Shown: positions 18,673-28,891 of the stretch, piece after piece
Layout: each line of letters begins with the position of its first letter
Numbering within the stretch: position 1 is the first letter of the stretch
Source: a virus
Lineage: Duplodnaviria > Caudoviricetes
Virus record (IMG/VR): IMGVR_UViG_3300049914_000132
Coordinates: 1-61,801 of that record
Reading direction: 5' to 3' (one strand)
DNA length: 61,801 bases
Position numbers and translations under genes: made by a program
The notes under the pieces: generated by a model
The model's database searches: none
What the model was told of the DNA's origin: nothing
Seen by the model: only the letters and a program-made list of their open reading frames with translations

Positions 18673-18950
18673 CCGCGACATGCAGCAATTGTCTATTCGG
18701 GACTTCAACTCAAGGTGGGGAGATTGTTTGTCATAACAATCTGGAAGGGTACGGAAACACAAACCGTCCAGACTGGTGGTGCTCAGCCCATCCCCTCGCG
18801 CCCGGGCAGAGGGACCGGATCGCCGAGATGGCTATCTCTGCGGCATCGGAATTCATCGATCCTGATGGAGACTTCATAAGGGATACTGTTGCTCAAGCCT
18901 ACGCAATCGCCGACGTAATGATGGTCGAGCGCGCGAAGGGGAGCAAATGA
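18669..18950 (+). CDS. Hypothetical protein
   Basis: CSNC..WCSAH..AYAIADVMMVER. Confidence 0.6.
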   Translation: MTATCSNCLFGTSTQGGEIVCHNNLEGYGNTNRPDWWCSAHPLAPGQRDRIAEMAISAASEFIDPDGDFIRDTVAQAYAIADVMMVERAKGSK

Positions 18951-19942
18951 GCGGTGACCCGAAGTGCATGTGTGGGCACTGGCACCTTGGACGAGATGGC
19001 GAGTGCCTAGGTTTGCTTTGTGGTTGTGCCAAGTTTCGCCCCGCCGAGGTGGCGAAGCCGGAGCCCGCGCCCGAGAGCGTCTATGAGCGGGCGAGGAAGG
19101 CGTTGCACGATGTCTTCTGGGATAAAAAGAACCCGGAGTCGTGTCGTGATATCGGCCATGGGCTCGACGCCAGCGAAGCGGCCGAGAAGAAAGTGCTCGC
19201 CCTGGCGGCTGACAACACGCGACTGGAAGAGGAGCTGATTGAGACGGAGAAGCGCGTCCTGAAGCTGGAGGAGGAGCGCAAGCTCTCCTGCATCACCGAC
19301 GTTGGTTACCGAGAGCGCGCCGAGAAGGCGGAGAAGAAACTTGCTGCCCTTCAGATAGGGGCAGACGCTACCGTAAAGACGTTGGGGGAGGTTGACTACC
19401 AGTTAGATGTCGAAATAAAACGCGCCGAGGCCGCGGAGCGTCTGAGCGAAGAGCGCCTAGACCACATCGTCAAACTCGAACAGGAAGCGAAGGTCATCAA
19501 GGCCGCGTTGGCTGGGATTGGACCACATCCGGCGGAAGAGCGAGCGAATATCGCAGAGGCGAGGGTCAAGGAGTTGGAAGATCGCGTTCGGGCAACCGAA
19601 GATAGGTTGAACGGCGAGGTCGTGTGGCGAAAGGAACTTCACTCACAAACCATGGAAGCCCTCTCCCTCCTTCATCCCGCGCGTCCCGAGGATGGCCTGC
19701 TGCCGGCGATCCGGGATGTACTCCAGCAGCTCGTGAGCGAGCGGGATGATGCGATCAAGCTTCTAAATCCATCAATGCCAGAGAATGGGCTGCTCGATGC
19801 AATCAAGCAACTTCAACAAGCTTTCATTTTGGAGCGCGACACAGCCATAAGGGCTACGAGAGCACTTGCATGGGTAGAGCAAGACGAGTCCAACGGTATT
19901 GCGATCGCGGCCAAAGCTCTCTCAAAAGTCCATGGTGGATAG
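18947..19942 (+). CDS. Coiled-coil protein with N-terminal Cys/His cluster
   Basis: CMCGHWH..C..CGC; long E/K/A heptads; 31-aa tandem duplication near the C-terminus. Confidence 0.65.
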   Translation: MSGDPKCMCGHWHLGRDGECLGLLCGCAKFRPAEVAKPEPAPESVYERARKALHDVFWDKKNPESCRDIGHGLDASEAAEKKVLALAADNTRLEEELIETEKRVLKLEEERKLSCITDVGYRERAEKAEKKLAALQIGADATVKTLGEVDYQLDVEIKRAEAAERLSEERLDHIVKLEQEAKVIKAALAGIGPHPAEERANIAEARVKELEDRVRATEDRLNGEVVWRKELHSQTMEALSLLHPARPEDGLLPAIRDVLQQLVSERDDAIKLLNPSMPENGLLDAIKQLQQAFILERDTAIRATRALAWVEQDESNGIAIAAKALSKVHGG

Positions 19943-19951
19943 GGGTACGGA

Positions 19952-20257
19952 ATGCCAACTACCAAATTGAAGAAGCGAGAGTCAGTACAAGAACGCTTAG
20001 CCGAATTGAAAAAGCGGCCAGCGTACGAAGGAATGACAGCTGCTTTGCATATAGCACGACCTGCTATACGAACGACTTCACCATGGCTCGTTCTCGGAGC
20101 TGGCCACATGTATCACGCAATGTGCAATGTCTGTATGCACTACCTCGGAAGTTGGAGTCAATCGGAAGAGGCAGGGCACCTCATGGTGGACGTGATAGAG
20201 CACCATTTCAAGAAGGAGCACATGATCAAACGCATTCAGTATGGATTAGAGGAATAG
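19952..20257 (+). CDS. Hypothetical protein
   Basis: CNVC..H..H possible zinc site. Confidence 0.5.
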   Translation: MPTTKLKKRESVQERLAELKKRPAYEGMTAALHIARPAIRTTSPWLVLGAGHMYHAMCNVCMHYLGSWSQSEEAGHLMVDVIEHHFKKEHMIKRIQYGLEE

Positions 20258-20347
20258 ACATGATCATAGCCATCTGTTTTGTGTGCTTCCTAGTGGGTAT
20301 ACTTGTCGGGTTTAGGTTGACGATCTGGTTCATGCGCAAGGGGCTCT

Positions 20348-20551
20348 ATGGCTGACAAACTGAAGCCGTGTCCGTTCTGCGCAGGGCGAGCGTTGGGATA
20401 CAAACCAAACATGGATCGCGCCGCATACGTGCGATGCATTAGGTGCGACTCGCATTCGCCGTTCCGTCTCACTTTGCGCGGAGCCATCGCCGCTTGGAAT
20501 CGCCGCGCGGGGGGGAGAGGAAGAGATGACCAGGATCTGGGACGAGGCTGA
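20348..20551 (+). CDS. lar: Lar-family restriction alleviation protein
   Basis: LKPCPFCAG...CIRC...AIAAWNRRA signature. Confidence 0.75.
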   Translation: MADKLKPCPFCAGRALGYKPNMDRAAYVRCIRCDSHSPFRLTLRGAIAAWNRRAGGRGRDDQDLGRG

Positions 20552-20771
20552 ACGAGTGCTGAAAATGTGGACCTCCGGAAGCGATGATCAGGATATCCCG
20601 GAGATCACAAAGGCCTTCGCCCGCGGTCGGAAACTCGAGGAGGCGCTGATCGCAATGCGCGACTGGCATCTCGTCTATCATGGTGCCGATCCTTGTAAAC
20701 TCTGCATACTAGCCAAAGCCGCGCTAGCCGAGTTCGAGGCGAGGCAGGACCCTCCGGAGGGAGAGACGTGA
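20526..20771 (+). CDS. Hypothetical protein
   Basis: GAGG RBS; H..CKLC. Confidence 0.5.
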   Translation: MTRIWDEAERVLKMWTSGSDDQDIPEITKAFARGRKLEEALIAMRDWHLVYHGADPCKLCILAKAALAEFEARQDPPEGET

Positions 20772-20947
20772 GTCGCTACGCCCAGAACACAGCGGTCCCC
20801 ATGGACAAGAGCCGGGCCGACGCGGAAACGATCTTCCTTTCGTTCCTGGAAGACAAGCACGGAAAGACAGTTGCAGAGATCGCCCTTCCAAAGATCGGAT
20901 TGCTACTTAATGGAAGTGCAGACAGGCTTTTGGGAGATGGAAAGTGA
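20768..20947 (+). CDS. Short hypothetical protein (possibly internally deleted)
   Basis: Not in the ORF track (59 aa): MSRYAQNTAVPMDKSRADAETIFLSFLEDKHGKTVAEIALPKI...; GTGA overlaps at both ends. Confidence 0.45.
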   Translation: MSRYAQNTAVPMDKSRADAETIFLSFLEDKHGKTVAEIALPKIGLLLNGSADRLLGDGK

Positions 20948-21135
20948 GATACAAAGTAGAGGATCAAGCCTGTGTCATTTGCGGTGAGCCTGGCAGACCA
21001 GAAGGCCAGCGCTTCAAGTTTTGCACAAAGTGTGAAGCAGACTGGATGCAGTCGCTTGAGCACTTGAGGGCTGCAACAGCTCGACAGGACTTTGCCAACA
21101 GACGAAGGCAAGAGCTAGAAAACGGATCTACATAG
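20944..21135 (+). CDS. Small zinc-finger protein
   Basis: CVICG...FCTKC. Confidence 0.5.
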   Translation: MRYKVEDQACVICGEPGRPEGQRFKFCTKCEADWMQSLEHLRAATARQDFANRRRQELENGST

Positions 21136-21143
21136 GAGAGAAC

Positions 21144-21350
21144 ATGAAGAAGGTAAAGACAGCATTCGCAAAGAAGATGCACGAGGTACGAAAGGCAGAA
21201 TCGTGGGACAATAAGCTCTCGGATGCTCTTGTCGATCTCGCGATTGAAGTGGACTTAGAAGCCCGAAGTCGTCCACCTATGTATCCGTTAAGCGCAGAAT
21301 TGCGGCATGCTTTGTCAATAGTCACAAAGCTAGTGCACGGACAGGAGTAA
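21144..21350 (+). CDS. Hypothetical protein
   Basis: AGGAG RBS. Confidence 0.5.
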   Translation: MKKVKTAFAKKMHEVRKAESWDNKLSDALVDLAIEVDLEARSRPPMYPLSAELRHALSIVTKLVHGQE

Positions 21351-21352
21351 GC

Positions 21353-21697
21353 ATGAAAACACAGCAAGCAGAACAACTGCGCAGCAAAGGATTTTGCACA
21401 GTCATAGAAGCTGCGGATGCTCTTGGGGTTCACATCAGCAGCATGTATCGAGCAGTGTACCGACATGATGTCAAGGGAACACAGATCGGTCGTGCAAGGT
21501 ACATCGACGTTCTATCACTAATAAAGTATGCCCAGAAAAAGGACAAAGATGCGCTGAGCAAGCTTGATGCTCTCAGGCTGCTCGTAGGTAGGACAGGCTC
21601 GACCGTTCTCAACAGAAAGCGCAACTACCCAAGCATCAATGAGCTACGGAGGCTCCAAGATCGCAGACGTGCCAAGATGGGCAAAGCACTGGTCTAG
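21353..21697 (+). CDS. Xis/HTH_17-like DNA-binding protein
   Basis: TVIEAADALGVHISSMYRAV...IGRARYI. Confidence 0.75.
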   Translation: MKTQQAEQLRSKGFCTVIEAADALGVHISSMYRAVYRHDVKGTQIGRARYIDVLSLIKYAQKKDKDALSKLDALRLLVGRTGSTVLNRKRNYPSINELRRLQDRRRAKMGKALV

Positions 21698-21698
21698 T

Positions 21699-21989
21699 AT
21701 GAACAAACTGATCAGTCAGTCTGAAGCTGTAGCAATGGCTTCAGACAAGATCCTATATGCTGCCAAGTACACGTGTGAGCTAGCTACTGAGCACACGTAT
21801 GGGGATGAAGGGGAACCTGTGATCCGGATAATAGGTGGAGGCCCTTGGCAACCTGAATCACAGTTCTTCCTTGTAGACGTAGAACGATGGCTGGCTTGGC
21901 ACGCAGAACGCGCACTGTTGAAAATGGGATCTGAAGATCGCTCTGAAGGTTGGTCGCCTTTCAAGTATTATGTACCGTATAAGCCATGA
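21699..21989 (+). CDS. Small protein of the AERxLL paralog family
   Basis: ISQSEA...FLVDVERWLAWHAERALL. Confidence 0.5.
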   Translation: MNKLISQSEAVAMASDKILYAAKYTCELATEHTYGDEGEPVIRIIGGGPWQPESQFFLVDVERWLAWHAERALLKMGSEDRSEGWSPFKYYVPYKP

Positions 21990-22435
21990 GAAAGATTCTT
22001 CCCGAGCAGATATTCATACCTAGTAAAGGGTGGATCAAAGAGATCGTAGCTATTCGTTTGTTCAGGAAAGAGTTTGCACTGCAAGATCCTCCCATACCAA
22101 CTGTCCAATACTGCTGCTGTGCTTGCGGTAAACTGTGCACCATATTCGGAATATGGGATCTTCCACACTTTGTACGTTCGACATGCTTCGACGAACAACC
22201 AGTTGGAAAGCCTTACCTTGTTCCCTTCGGGGGGAGCCCGACTAGTCCTAGAGAGCTGCCGACTGTTCGTCATGCCATACAAGACAGGGACTACTTAGGC
22301 AGATACATTCGAGATGAGAGCTACTTTTGGAAGCCTGACTTTGATTTGTATATGGAATGGATGCGCGATCACTACGTAAAGGAAGCAGAGAGACAATTAT
22401 GCTCATCGAAGTTGCAAACGTCCATAGCAAAGTGA
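21986..22435 (+). CDS. Hypothetical protein
   Basis: ATGA overlap; CCCACG; C-terminal EAERQL. Confidence 0.5.
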   Translation: MRKILPEQIFIPSKGWIKEIVAIRLFRKEFALQDPPIPTVQYCCCACGKLCTIFGIWDLPHFVRSTCFDEQPVGKPYLVPFGGSPTSPRELPTVRHAIQDRDYLGRYIRDESYFWKPDFDLYMEWMRDHYVKEAERQLCSSKLQTSIAK

Positions 22436-23775
22436 TCAGTGCCACCGACAGAGAGCTAGCATGGCTTTCTAGCTACCTCACATTCGAGGACGCCAGAGCA
22501 CGATTCATCCATGGCTACAGAGGTGATGGAAAAGTCTGCATGCTGAGCAGGTTCACGAACACGTTTGCGTCTGGGTTCATACCGTCCATTCGCAAGGCCT
22601 CGTCTGCTGAAGGTATCAAGGTCGAGCTGTTGGACAAGCGCAAGAAGCCTTGCGAGCCAGACCCAAACGCTGACCTTGCGTGGCTTAGGGACTACCAACT
22701 CGACGCTTGCAGAGCTGTTGCAGCGAAGGGTCGCGGCATTGTTCGCGCCCCGACCGGGAGTGGAAAAGGTGACATAGCTGTAGGGCTCACTAGGCTGCTG
22801 CCCTGTAGATGGCTCTTCGTAGCACACAGGGCAGGGCTCATGGAGCAGGAAGCAGCGCGCTATGAGACTCGAACAGGCTTGAGAGCTGCGCGCATTGGAG
22901 AGGGCACCTGGGATGCTAAGCCAAGTGACACGTTCGTCTGTGCAACGTTCCAAACACTCTATGCACAGATCAAGAGCCCAAGAACGATAGGGCTGCTTGA
23001 AAGTCGTGAAGGGCTGATTGCGGAGGAGTGCCATACACTCCCAGCGTACACGTTCTGGAAGGTAGCAATGAGCATGAATCAAGCCTACTTTCGAGTCGGC
23101 ATTTCTGCGACCCCGCTGGACAGAGATGACAAGCGCAGCCAGTACGCCATCGCAGCGCTCGGCCCGGTCATATATAGGATCAGCTCTCAGGCACTCATCG
23201 ACGCAGGCATTCTGTCAAAGCCCAAGATCAGGATGATTCCTTGCGAACAGGATACCGATGAAGAATCGTGGCAAGGAGTTTATCGTGAGTGTGTCGTTCG
23301 TTCAATCAAGAGGAACAGGATCATTGTCGAAGCAGCCAAGACAGCAACAAAGCCTTGCCTCATCTTCGTGAAGGAAATCAGGCACGGAAAGCAGATCCAA
23401 GAGCTTTGTACACGCGCAGGTCTTACGACCGAGTTCGTCTGGGGTCAGGACTCTACGTACTCGCGAGGAACTGCGGTCAAGCGCCTCGTGCACGCAGACA
23501 CAGAAGTCCTAATCTCGACGGTCATCTTTCAAGAGGGTGTGGATATACCCGAACTCAGATCCGTGGTCATAGGGTCTGGAGGCAAGTCCATCATCGCTGC
23601 ACTGCAACGGATCGGCCGAGGTATGAGAAAGACCGACACGAAATCAGAGTTTGAGGTCTACGATCTCAAAGACACAGGTCACAGATGGATGGAACGGCAT
23701 GCTCAAGCAAGGACACGAGCGTACCTTGGAGAGAAGTATGAAGTCGTCGAAAGCCCATTGTTCACATTGGCGTAG
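22399..23775 (+). CDS. Superfamily 2 helicase (UvsW/XPB-like)
   Basis: LRDYQ, APTGSGKG, EECH (DExH-like), SATP, EGVDIP, QRIGRGMR. Confidence 0.9.
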   Translation: MLIEVANVHSKVISATDRELAWLSSYLTFEDARARFIHGYRGDGKVCMLSRFTNTFASGFIPSIRKASSAEGIKVELLDKRKKPCEPDPNADLAWLRDYQLDACRAVAAKGRGIVRAPTGSGKGDIAVGLTRLLPCRWLFVAHRAGLMEQEAARYETRTGLRAARIGEGTWDAKPSDTFVCATFQTLYAQIKSPRTIGLLESREGLIAEECHTLPAYTFWKVAMSMNQAYFRVGISATPLDRDDKRSQYAIAALGPVIYRISSQALIDAGILSKPKIRMIPCEQDTDEESWQGVYRECVVRSIKRNRIIVEAAKTATKPCLIFVKEIRHGKQIQELCTRAGLTTEFVWGQDSTYSRGTAVKRLVHADTEVLISTVIFQEGVDIPELRSVVIGSGGKSIIAALQRIGRGMRKTDTKSEFEVYDLKDTGHRWMERHAQARTRAYLGEKYEVVESPLFTLA

Positions 23776-23904
23776 CACGCAACCCCTTGCAACTACAGGC
23801 TTAAAGAAAGGGCTTGCATTCTGTGGGGGAAGGGCGGTAGCGTTCCCACCGTAGCGCGCAGTACACATACAGTGCAAGGGCCATCGCGGGGTCCAAACGC
23901 CTGG

Positions 23905-24028
23905 AAAGGAAACACGCCTCGACTTCTGGAGGGGTGCGTCGGGAAAGCTTGGGTTGCTGCTTTTTTGACATTTTCCCGGCGCCCGGCACGCGAACCGCCG
24001 CACCCTTCGAGAAGTCGAGGTTTTCTTT
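23905..24028. other. Large imperfect inverted repeat / structured element
   Basis: CCTCGACTTCTGGAGGGGTGCG (23917-23938) pairs with CGCACCCTTCGAGAAGTCGAGG (23999-24020); inner CGGGAAA/TTTCCCG stem; T-rich tail. Confidence 0.7.
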
Positions 24029-25774
24029 TTGCTCGCACAGTTTGCCAGGCGCACCGAGTCAACCAGCTTGAAAGAGCGTCTTTCTGTCGCTCCGTCTGTC
24101 CCGCCATACTCAATCAGTCAACCATGCTCTGAGAGCGTTCTGGTCAGCACCAGTGAGCTGAAGAGAAAGCTTGGCTTTCTTGCTTTCGAGATTCAACTTG
24201 GTCTTGAACAGCACACCAACGAAAACAACCACACATACGCTACCGTCAAAACGATCCTAAAAGAGAGAAACATCGAAGCTACTCATTCCCAGATCCATAC
24301 CGCACTCAAACGACTCCGTGATGCTCACTTGTTCAAAGCTCTTGGTCACACTCAAGCCAAAAAACATCCCCACAAGTGTCGAGAAATAAACCCTTTCTGC
24401 CGCTGCAACCTGTGGCGAAAAAACCAAGCCCTCTACACACGAGAGATCTTCAGCAAGCTGAACGCCACCCCAACCGAATCCATAGAGTCACAAGAGACCG
24501 CTGAATGGATGTTGACTGCATCCGAATTCCGCAATGGTGGGCCTCGACCAGGAGCCGGACGACCCTCCAAAAACCAAGACCACAAAACCCCCGTAAAACA
24601 ATCAGAACATACCCCAGGGAACAAGCAACTACTATCAAAGGTACAATCATGGGGCAGTGGTACAACTACTGTAAAAAAAGTTTTAGATTTATCTAAAAGC
24701 AAATTTTACAAAAAGTCAAACCAGTTTCAGTCAACAGAAATCTCGTCCTCGGTCGCTTCGCTCCCTCCGTCTCGATGCGCTAGCGCGCTTTGCTGTTCAA
24801 GGAAAAGCCAGAATGTGTTGACTACTGCTGAAGACGTTGTGCTTACTCTGACTTCAAGCAAAAGAGTTCCGGCGCAAAATCGACTAGACGAGTCCACGTT
24901 TCCTGCCAGGGGAACTGAGAAACCCAAAACCGAGGAGCGTTCTGTGCTCCATGCCATCAAGGATCAAGTCATGTCACCGAAAGACATCGGTGTTATGAAC
25001 GGTGAAAGCAAGATCGGGCTTTCGTTTGGACATGCAAGACCGTACGAGCTTCGAGAACCTATTTCTGACAATCTTCCAGGCGTTCCGCCCCCTCCGGACA
25101 AGCTAAAGCTCCGACTAGGTATTGAAGATCTCAAACCTGTCAGGATTCCAAACCCTCCACTCATCGATGACACGTTGTCTGAAAATCACATATACAAAAC
25201 GCTTTGCAATGCGTATGAGGGCGCGGTCTTCAGTCGGTACAAGACCAGACCGTTCATAAACATCGGCAAGCAGGTTGACGTTTACGATCCTGGTTCAGAG
25301 GAGACAATCAAGATCAGAGATCCGAAGTTGTCAAAGCTCTGGGCTCCGATGATGGAAGCTGCACACTTGCTGAAGAAGCTTGAGATCTCTCCGTTTGCTT
25401 GGGCTGCATTCAGTATTGACGTGTGGGATGACTCTGAAGCGAAGCATGGCTGCATAGGAAAGCCTCCTGGAATTCGGTGGGTGTGGAGCCCGAATCGAGT
25501 ACGAGATCGTAACGACTGGTTTGATCAGAGGGAGCTTGGATACAGGGGAGGAGCAACATGTTTTGTTCCTTCTCATCGAGAGCTGTTGCGAAAATGGAAC
25601 ATGATGCACAACGAACTCTACCGATCGGGAATGAAGCACAGCCAAGAGATCGTTGAACGATGGTTCCCTGGTGACAAGTACATGCAGATGGTCGAGAAGG
25701 CTAGAAAGGATACACAAAGAGAACAGGCACGTTTGGACGAGCGCTTGGAAATGGGTGATTGGCTATGGGACTGA
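24029..25774 (+). CDS. Putative replication initiator / primosome protein (start uncertain)
   Basis: Long ORF just upstream of DnaB; N-terminal wHTH-like segment; AT-rich internal stretch; low-complexity linker. Confidence 0.45.
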   Translation: MLAQFARRTESTSLKERLSVAPSVPPYSISQPCSESVLVSTSELKRKLGFLAFEIQLGLEQHTNENNHTYATVKTILKERNIEATHSQIHTALKRLRDAHLFKALGHTQAKKHPHKCREINPFCRCNLWRKNQALYTREIFSKLNATPTESIESQETAEWMLTASEFRNGGPRPGAGRPSKNQDHKTPVKQSEHTPGNKQLLSKVQSWGSGTTTVKKVLDLSKSKFYKKSNQFQSTEISSSVASLPPSRCASALCCSRKSQNVLTTAEDVVLTLTSSKRVPAQNRLDESTFPARGTEKPKTEERSVLHAIKDQVMSPKDIGVMNGESKIGLSFGHARPYELREPISDNLPGVPPPPDKLKLRLGIEDLKPVRIPNPPLIDDTLSENHIYKTLCNAYEGAVFSRYKTRPFINIGKQVDVYDPGSEETIKIRDPKLSKLWAPMMEAAHLLKKLEISPFAWAAFSIDVWDDSEAKHGCIGKPPGIRWVWSPNRVRDRNDWFDQRELGYRGGATCFVPSHRELLRKWNMMHNELYRSGMKHSQEIVERWFPGDKYMQMVEKARKDTQREQARLDERLEMGDWLWD

Positions 25775-25786
25775 GCGGAGGCTAGG

Positions 25787-27244
25787 GTGGCTCAAGGTAA
25801 GGCTCACAGCACTGCATCATACGCACTGAATTCTGTGTTCGAGAGGCTGGCTGTAACGCTGTGTTGTACTTCCTCCAAGTTTTACGATCGCATAGGATAC
25901 GCGCTAGACCCTACAGCTTTGACGGCTCCAACAGCTCAGCTTGCTTTGAATGCTACGCAAGCAATCAGTCGAGAGTTGGGGCATGGACCAGGCTCGGCTG
26001 TGATGGTGATCCAGCGTCTTCAGCGCTGGAGGCACGAAGGGAAGGTGACAACTGAGCAAATCAACGAGGTCAGTGACTTCTTCGACACAGCATTGGACGC
26101 GGGCCTGCCTGACGAAGACTCGGTTGTGAATGAACTCACTCCAATATTGAAACGGCGCATGTACGACTCAGCGATCAGGACAGCCATGTCTGAGTACGCA
26201 AACCGTGGGGACCTGCAAGCTTCAATGGGCATATTGGAACGTGCTGATCGTATAGGCACATGGGACTCGTCTATGGGGATCAAGCTGGGTAGTGCGTCGT
26301 TTGATAAGATCAACGAGTTGCGCAATCTCAAGCGGATGCCTACAGGCATAGATGAACTAGATGTTGCACTTAGCGGAGGCCCACCTGTTGGAAGTTTGAG
26401 CTTGTTTATTGGAGGCTCTGGTGACGGAAAGAGCATTTCTTTAGCGCACGTGGTTGGGCACAACGTTTTGAATGGTGCCATGTGCGCTGTTGCTACCCTT
26501 GAGCTTTCTGAGTCTATGTGGCTTGCACGTCTTCAAGCAAACATCTCTGGAGTGCCGATAGACACCTTGCTGGATGGTGGCTTTGACAGCGTGAAGAAGT
26601 ACTTCGATGTGCTTGATCGTGTGGGTAAGCTTGGAACTTGTGTCGTCAAGGAGTTCTCTGCAAAAGACACAACTGTCAGCGACATAGATGATTGGATCAA
26701 GCAAATCGAGAACGAGTATGGCAAGCGGGTTGACTTGCTTGTTGTGGACTACTTGGATTTGCTCACGGCTAAGTTGGAGACACGAGATGCGAATGACTAC
26801 AAGATCGGAAAGGTGATTACACAGGATTTGAGACGGATCGCACGAGCACGCAACTTGGTTGCTTGGAGTGCTTGCCAGACACGGGGGAGGGACAGCGATA
26901 AGGTCAAGAAGAAGAGCGTGCAGGATCTAAATGATGTGTCTGACTCTATGCACAAGATACGTATTTCGGACATCAGCGTCACGTTGAACGTTAGGGGGGA
27001 TCCGGAGCATCCGGACATGCTGTTTTTTGTGGCCAAGCACAGGTTTGGCAGGAGCCGACAGAAGGTTGGGCCGTTCCCTGCGGACTTTGCATGTGGTGCG
27101 GTAGCCCCAATCGTTCGTGAGACCTTGGAGGAGCTGGAAGGTTCAGCCAGTCCTGAGCGAGCTAAGTTGCACGTGGTACGGAACACATCTGGTGCACAGC
27201 AGACTTCTTTCCCACAGACCGAAGATGGAGATGAAGATGAATGA
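25787..27244 (+). CDS. dnaB: DnaB-like replicative helicase
   Basis: PTGIDELD, GGSGDGKS, TLELS, LLVVDYLDLL, ACQ, KHRFG. Confidence 0.9.
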   Translation: MAQGKAHSTASYALNSVFERLAVTLCCTSSKFYDRIGYALDPTALTAPTAQLALNATQAISRELGHGPGSAVMVIQRLQRWRHEGKVTTEQINEVSDFFDTALDAGLPDEDSVVNELTPILKRRMYDSAIRTAMSEYANRGDLQASMGILERADRIGTWDSSMGIKLGSASFDKINELRNLKRMPTGIDELDVALSGGPPVGSLSLFIGGSGDGKSISLAHVVGHNVLNGAMCAVATLELSESMWLARLQANISGVPIDTLLDGGFDSVKKYFDVLDRVGKLGTCVVKEFSAKDTTVSDIDDWIKQIENEYGKRVDLLVVDYLDLLTAKLETRDANDYKIGKVITQDLRRIARARNLVAWSACQTRGRDSDKVKKKSVQDLNDVSDSMHKIRISDISVTLNVRGDPEHPDMLFFVAKHRFGRSRQKVGPFPADFACGAVAPIVRETLEELEGSASPERAKLHVVRNTSGAQQTSFPQTEDGDEDE

Positions 27245-28094
27245 TGGTGCTCTTGTTGCGATGGCGTCTTTGGAAGCACGTCCAAGTCCGTCAGGGTGGT
27301 GGAGAACACGCTGTTGTCTATGCGAGTGGAGGGTAGGCACTCCAGATCGTCACACTGCTTTGTGTATGCTCATGGAGAAAGGGATCTATCACTGCTTCAG
27401 ATGTGGGGCTGTTGGCAAGTTCGACGTGAGTGATGCTCTGCGCGAGCGTGCTTTGCAAGGTGATCATTCTCAAGCAGCTCAGGAAGTGATGGGCCCTCCG
27501 GAGGGCTTTTACTTGCTCACAGAAGAGCCTGCTCTTTCTGCGAAGTCTCTTGCTGGGCCAAGATCGTATCTTCGTAAGAGGGGCATCACAGATCAGCTCC
27601 AGAAGGATGCACGGATTGGCGTGTGCATCGATGGTAGGTTTGCGGGCAGAGTGATCATTCCTGTCATGGGCTCAGAAGATACTTGGCTGGGCTATGTTGG
27701 TCGTGTATGGGCTAAGTCGGCATGGATGCCTTACCTGTACCCGCGTGGAATGCTCAAAGGTGAGATCGTTTACAATCATGCTTCTTTGCTGGTAGAGGAA
27801 GACAAACCTGTCATGATTGTGGAAGGGGTGTTCGATGCTCTTGCGCTCTGGCCGGATGCTGCTGCCGTCCTGGGCAAGCCAAGCGAACCACAGATCGAAG
27901 CAATGCTAACAGCCAAGAGACCTGTCTGTGTTGTATTGGACGGAGACGCATGGGAAGAGGCTGAGATGCTCGCCTTGCGTCTGCGCTTTGACGGGCAGCG
28001 CGCAGGCTATGTACGACTGCCACCTTTGACAGATCCAGACGAAGTTCCACCCGATTGGCTTGCAGAGGAAGCACGCCGATCAATAGAAGCGTGA
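27237..28094 (+). CDS. DNA primase (zinc ribbon + TOPRIM)
   Basis: CCLC..HCFRC; RVIIPV; IVEGVFDAL; LDGD; DPDE. Confidence 0.9.
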   Translation: MNDGALVAMASLEARPSPSGWWRTRCCLCEWRVGTPDRHTALCMLMEKGIYHCFRCGAVGKFDVSDALRERALQGDHSQAAQEVMGPPEGFYLLTEEPALSAKSLAGPRSYLRKRGITDQLQKDARIGVCIDGRFAGRVIIPVMGSEDTWLGYVGRVWAKSAWMPYLYPRGMLKGEIVYNHASLLVEEDKPVMIVEGVFDALALWPDAAAVLGKPSEPQIEAMLTAKRPVCVVLDGDAWEEAEMLALRLRFDGQRAGYVRLPPLTDPDEVPPDWLAEEARRSIEA

Positions 28095-28103
28095 GGTGAA
28101 CCA

Positions 28104-28313
28104 ATGGGACATAAGAGTCTCGTTGAATTTGCGGATGTGACTGTGACAGCGTCAACAGACAAGGCACTGCTTGTAGTGATCCCAGAGCATAGCGAAGAAC
28201 CTTTATGGGTGCCACGCTCTCAGATAGACGAAAGCAGTGAAGTACAGGAGGATGGTGACGAGGGGATGCTGGTTGTGACTGAGTGGATCGCGAAGGAAAA
28301 AGAACTGATCTAA
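28104..28313 (+). CDS. Small conserved phage protein
   Basis: TDKALLV..WVPRSQI..VTEWIAKEKEL. Confidence 0.65.
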   Translation: MGHKSLVEFADVTVTASTDKALLVVIPEHSEEPLWVPRSQIDESSEVQEDGDEGMLVVTEWIAKEKELI

Positions 28314-28334
28314 CATGAAAGGAAGAGGCTGGAC

Positions 28335-28862
28335 ATGATCACAGCGTTGAGGTCGTATGCAGCAGATGCAGAAGTTCTGGGCACTGTTCGTCAGGTAGCA
28401 TTTTCTGAAGATGGGGATCTTGTCATTGCAGGGTTGACACTTAAGGAGGCTGGGGACATCCTAGATGCTCTCGCTGCTGGTGGCGTCTATGCGGTGCGCA
28501 GTACAGCAGGTGCCAAGGTGCCAGGGGGCGCTCCACCGTCTACACGCCCCGGAGAGGACGTAGGGGACGGGAACCCTGTTCCAGGTGGGGTGCCTGTTCG
28601 GGAGGCACCACAAGCCTCCCTACAAGCCTCCAAGGGTGCTGAAGGACAGCCTCCAAAGAAGGGGCTTACTATCCCAGAGGAGCTGGCTGGGACAAAGCGC
28701 ATCAAGGATATTGTCGTATGGCTGCTCGAAAACGGTATCGAGAAAGACCAGGACATTCTTGTTGCAGAGTGCAAGAAGTTGGGGAGCAAGATCCCTTTCA
28801 TTACTCACGTCACCAACCTAGAAGAGCGCGTCGAGCGTGCTCTTTCTGTGCTCGAAGACTGA
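28335..28862 (+). CDS. Hypothetical protein
   Basis: GAGG RBS; two domains joined by a Pro/Gly linker. Confidence 0.6.
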   Translation: MITALRSYAADAEVLGTVRQVAFSEDGDLVIAGLTLKEAGDILDALAAGGVYAVRSTAGAKVPGGAPPSTRPGEDVGDGNPVPGGVPVREAPQASLQASKGAEGQPPKKGLTIPEELAGTKRIKDIVVWLLENGIEKDQDILVAECKKLGSKIPFITHVTNLEERVERALSVLED

Positions 28863-28891
28863 TCTGCACATAGCTTCTTGAGGGTGATTGG

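Noticed and set aside
19655-19850. Internal 31-aa duplication as a DGR template/variable repeat pair
   Set aside because: It is an in-frame tandem protein repeat whose differences are not confined to adenines, and there is no reverse transcriptase in the window.
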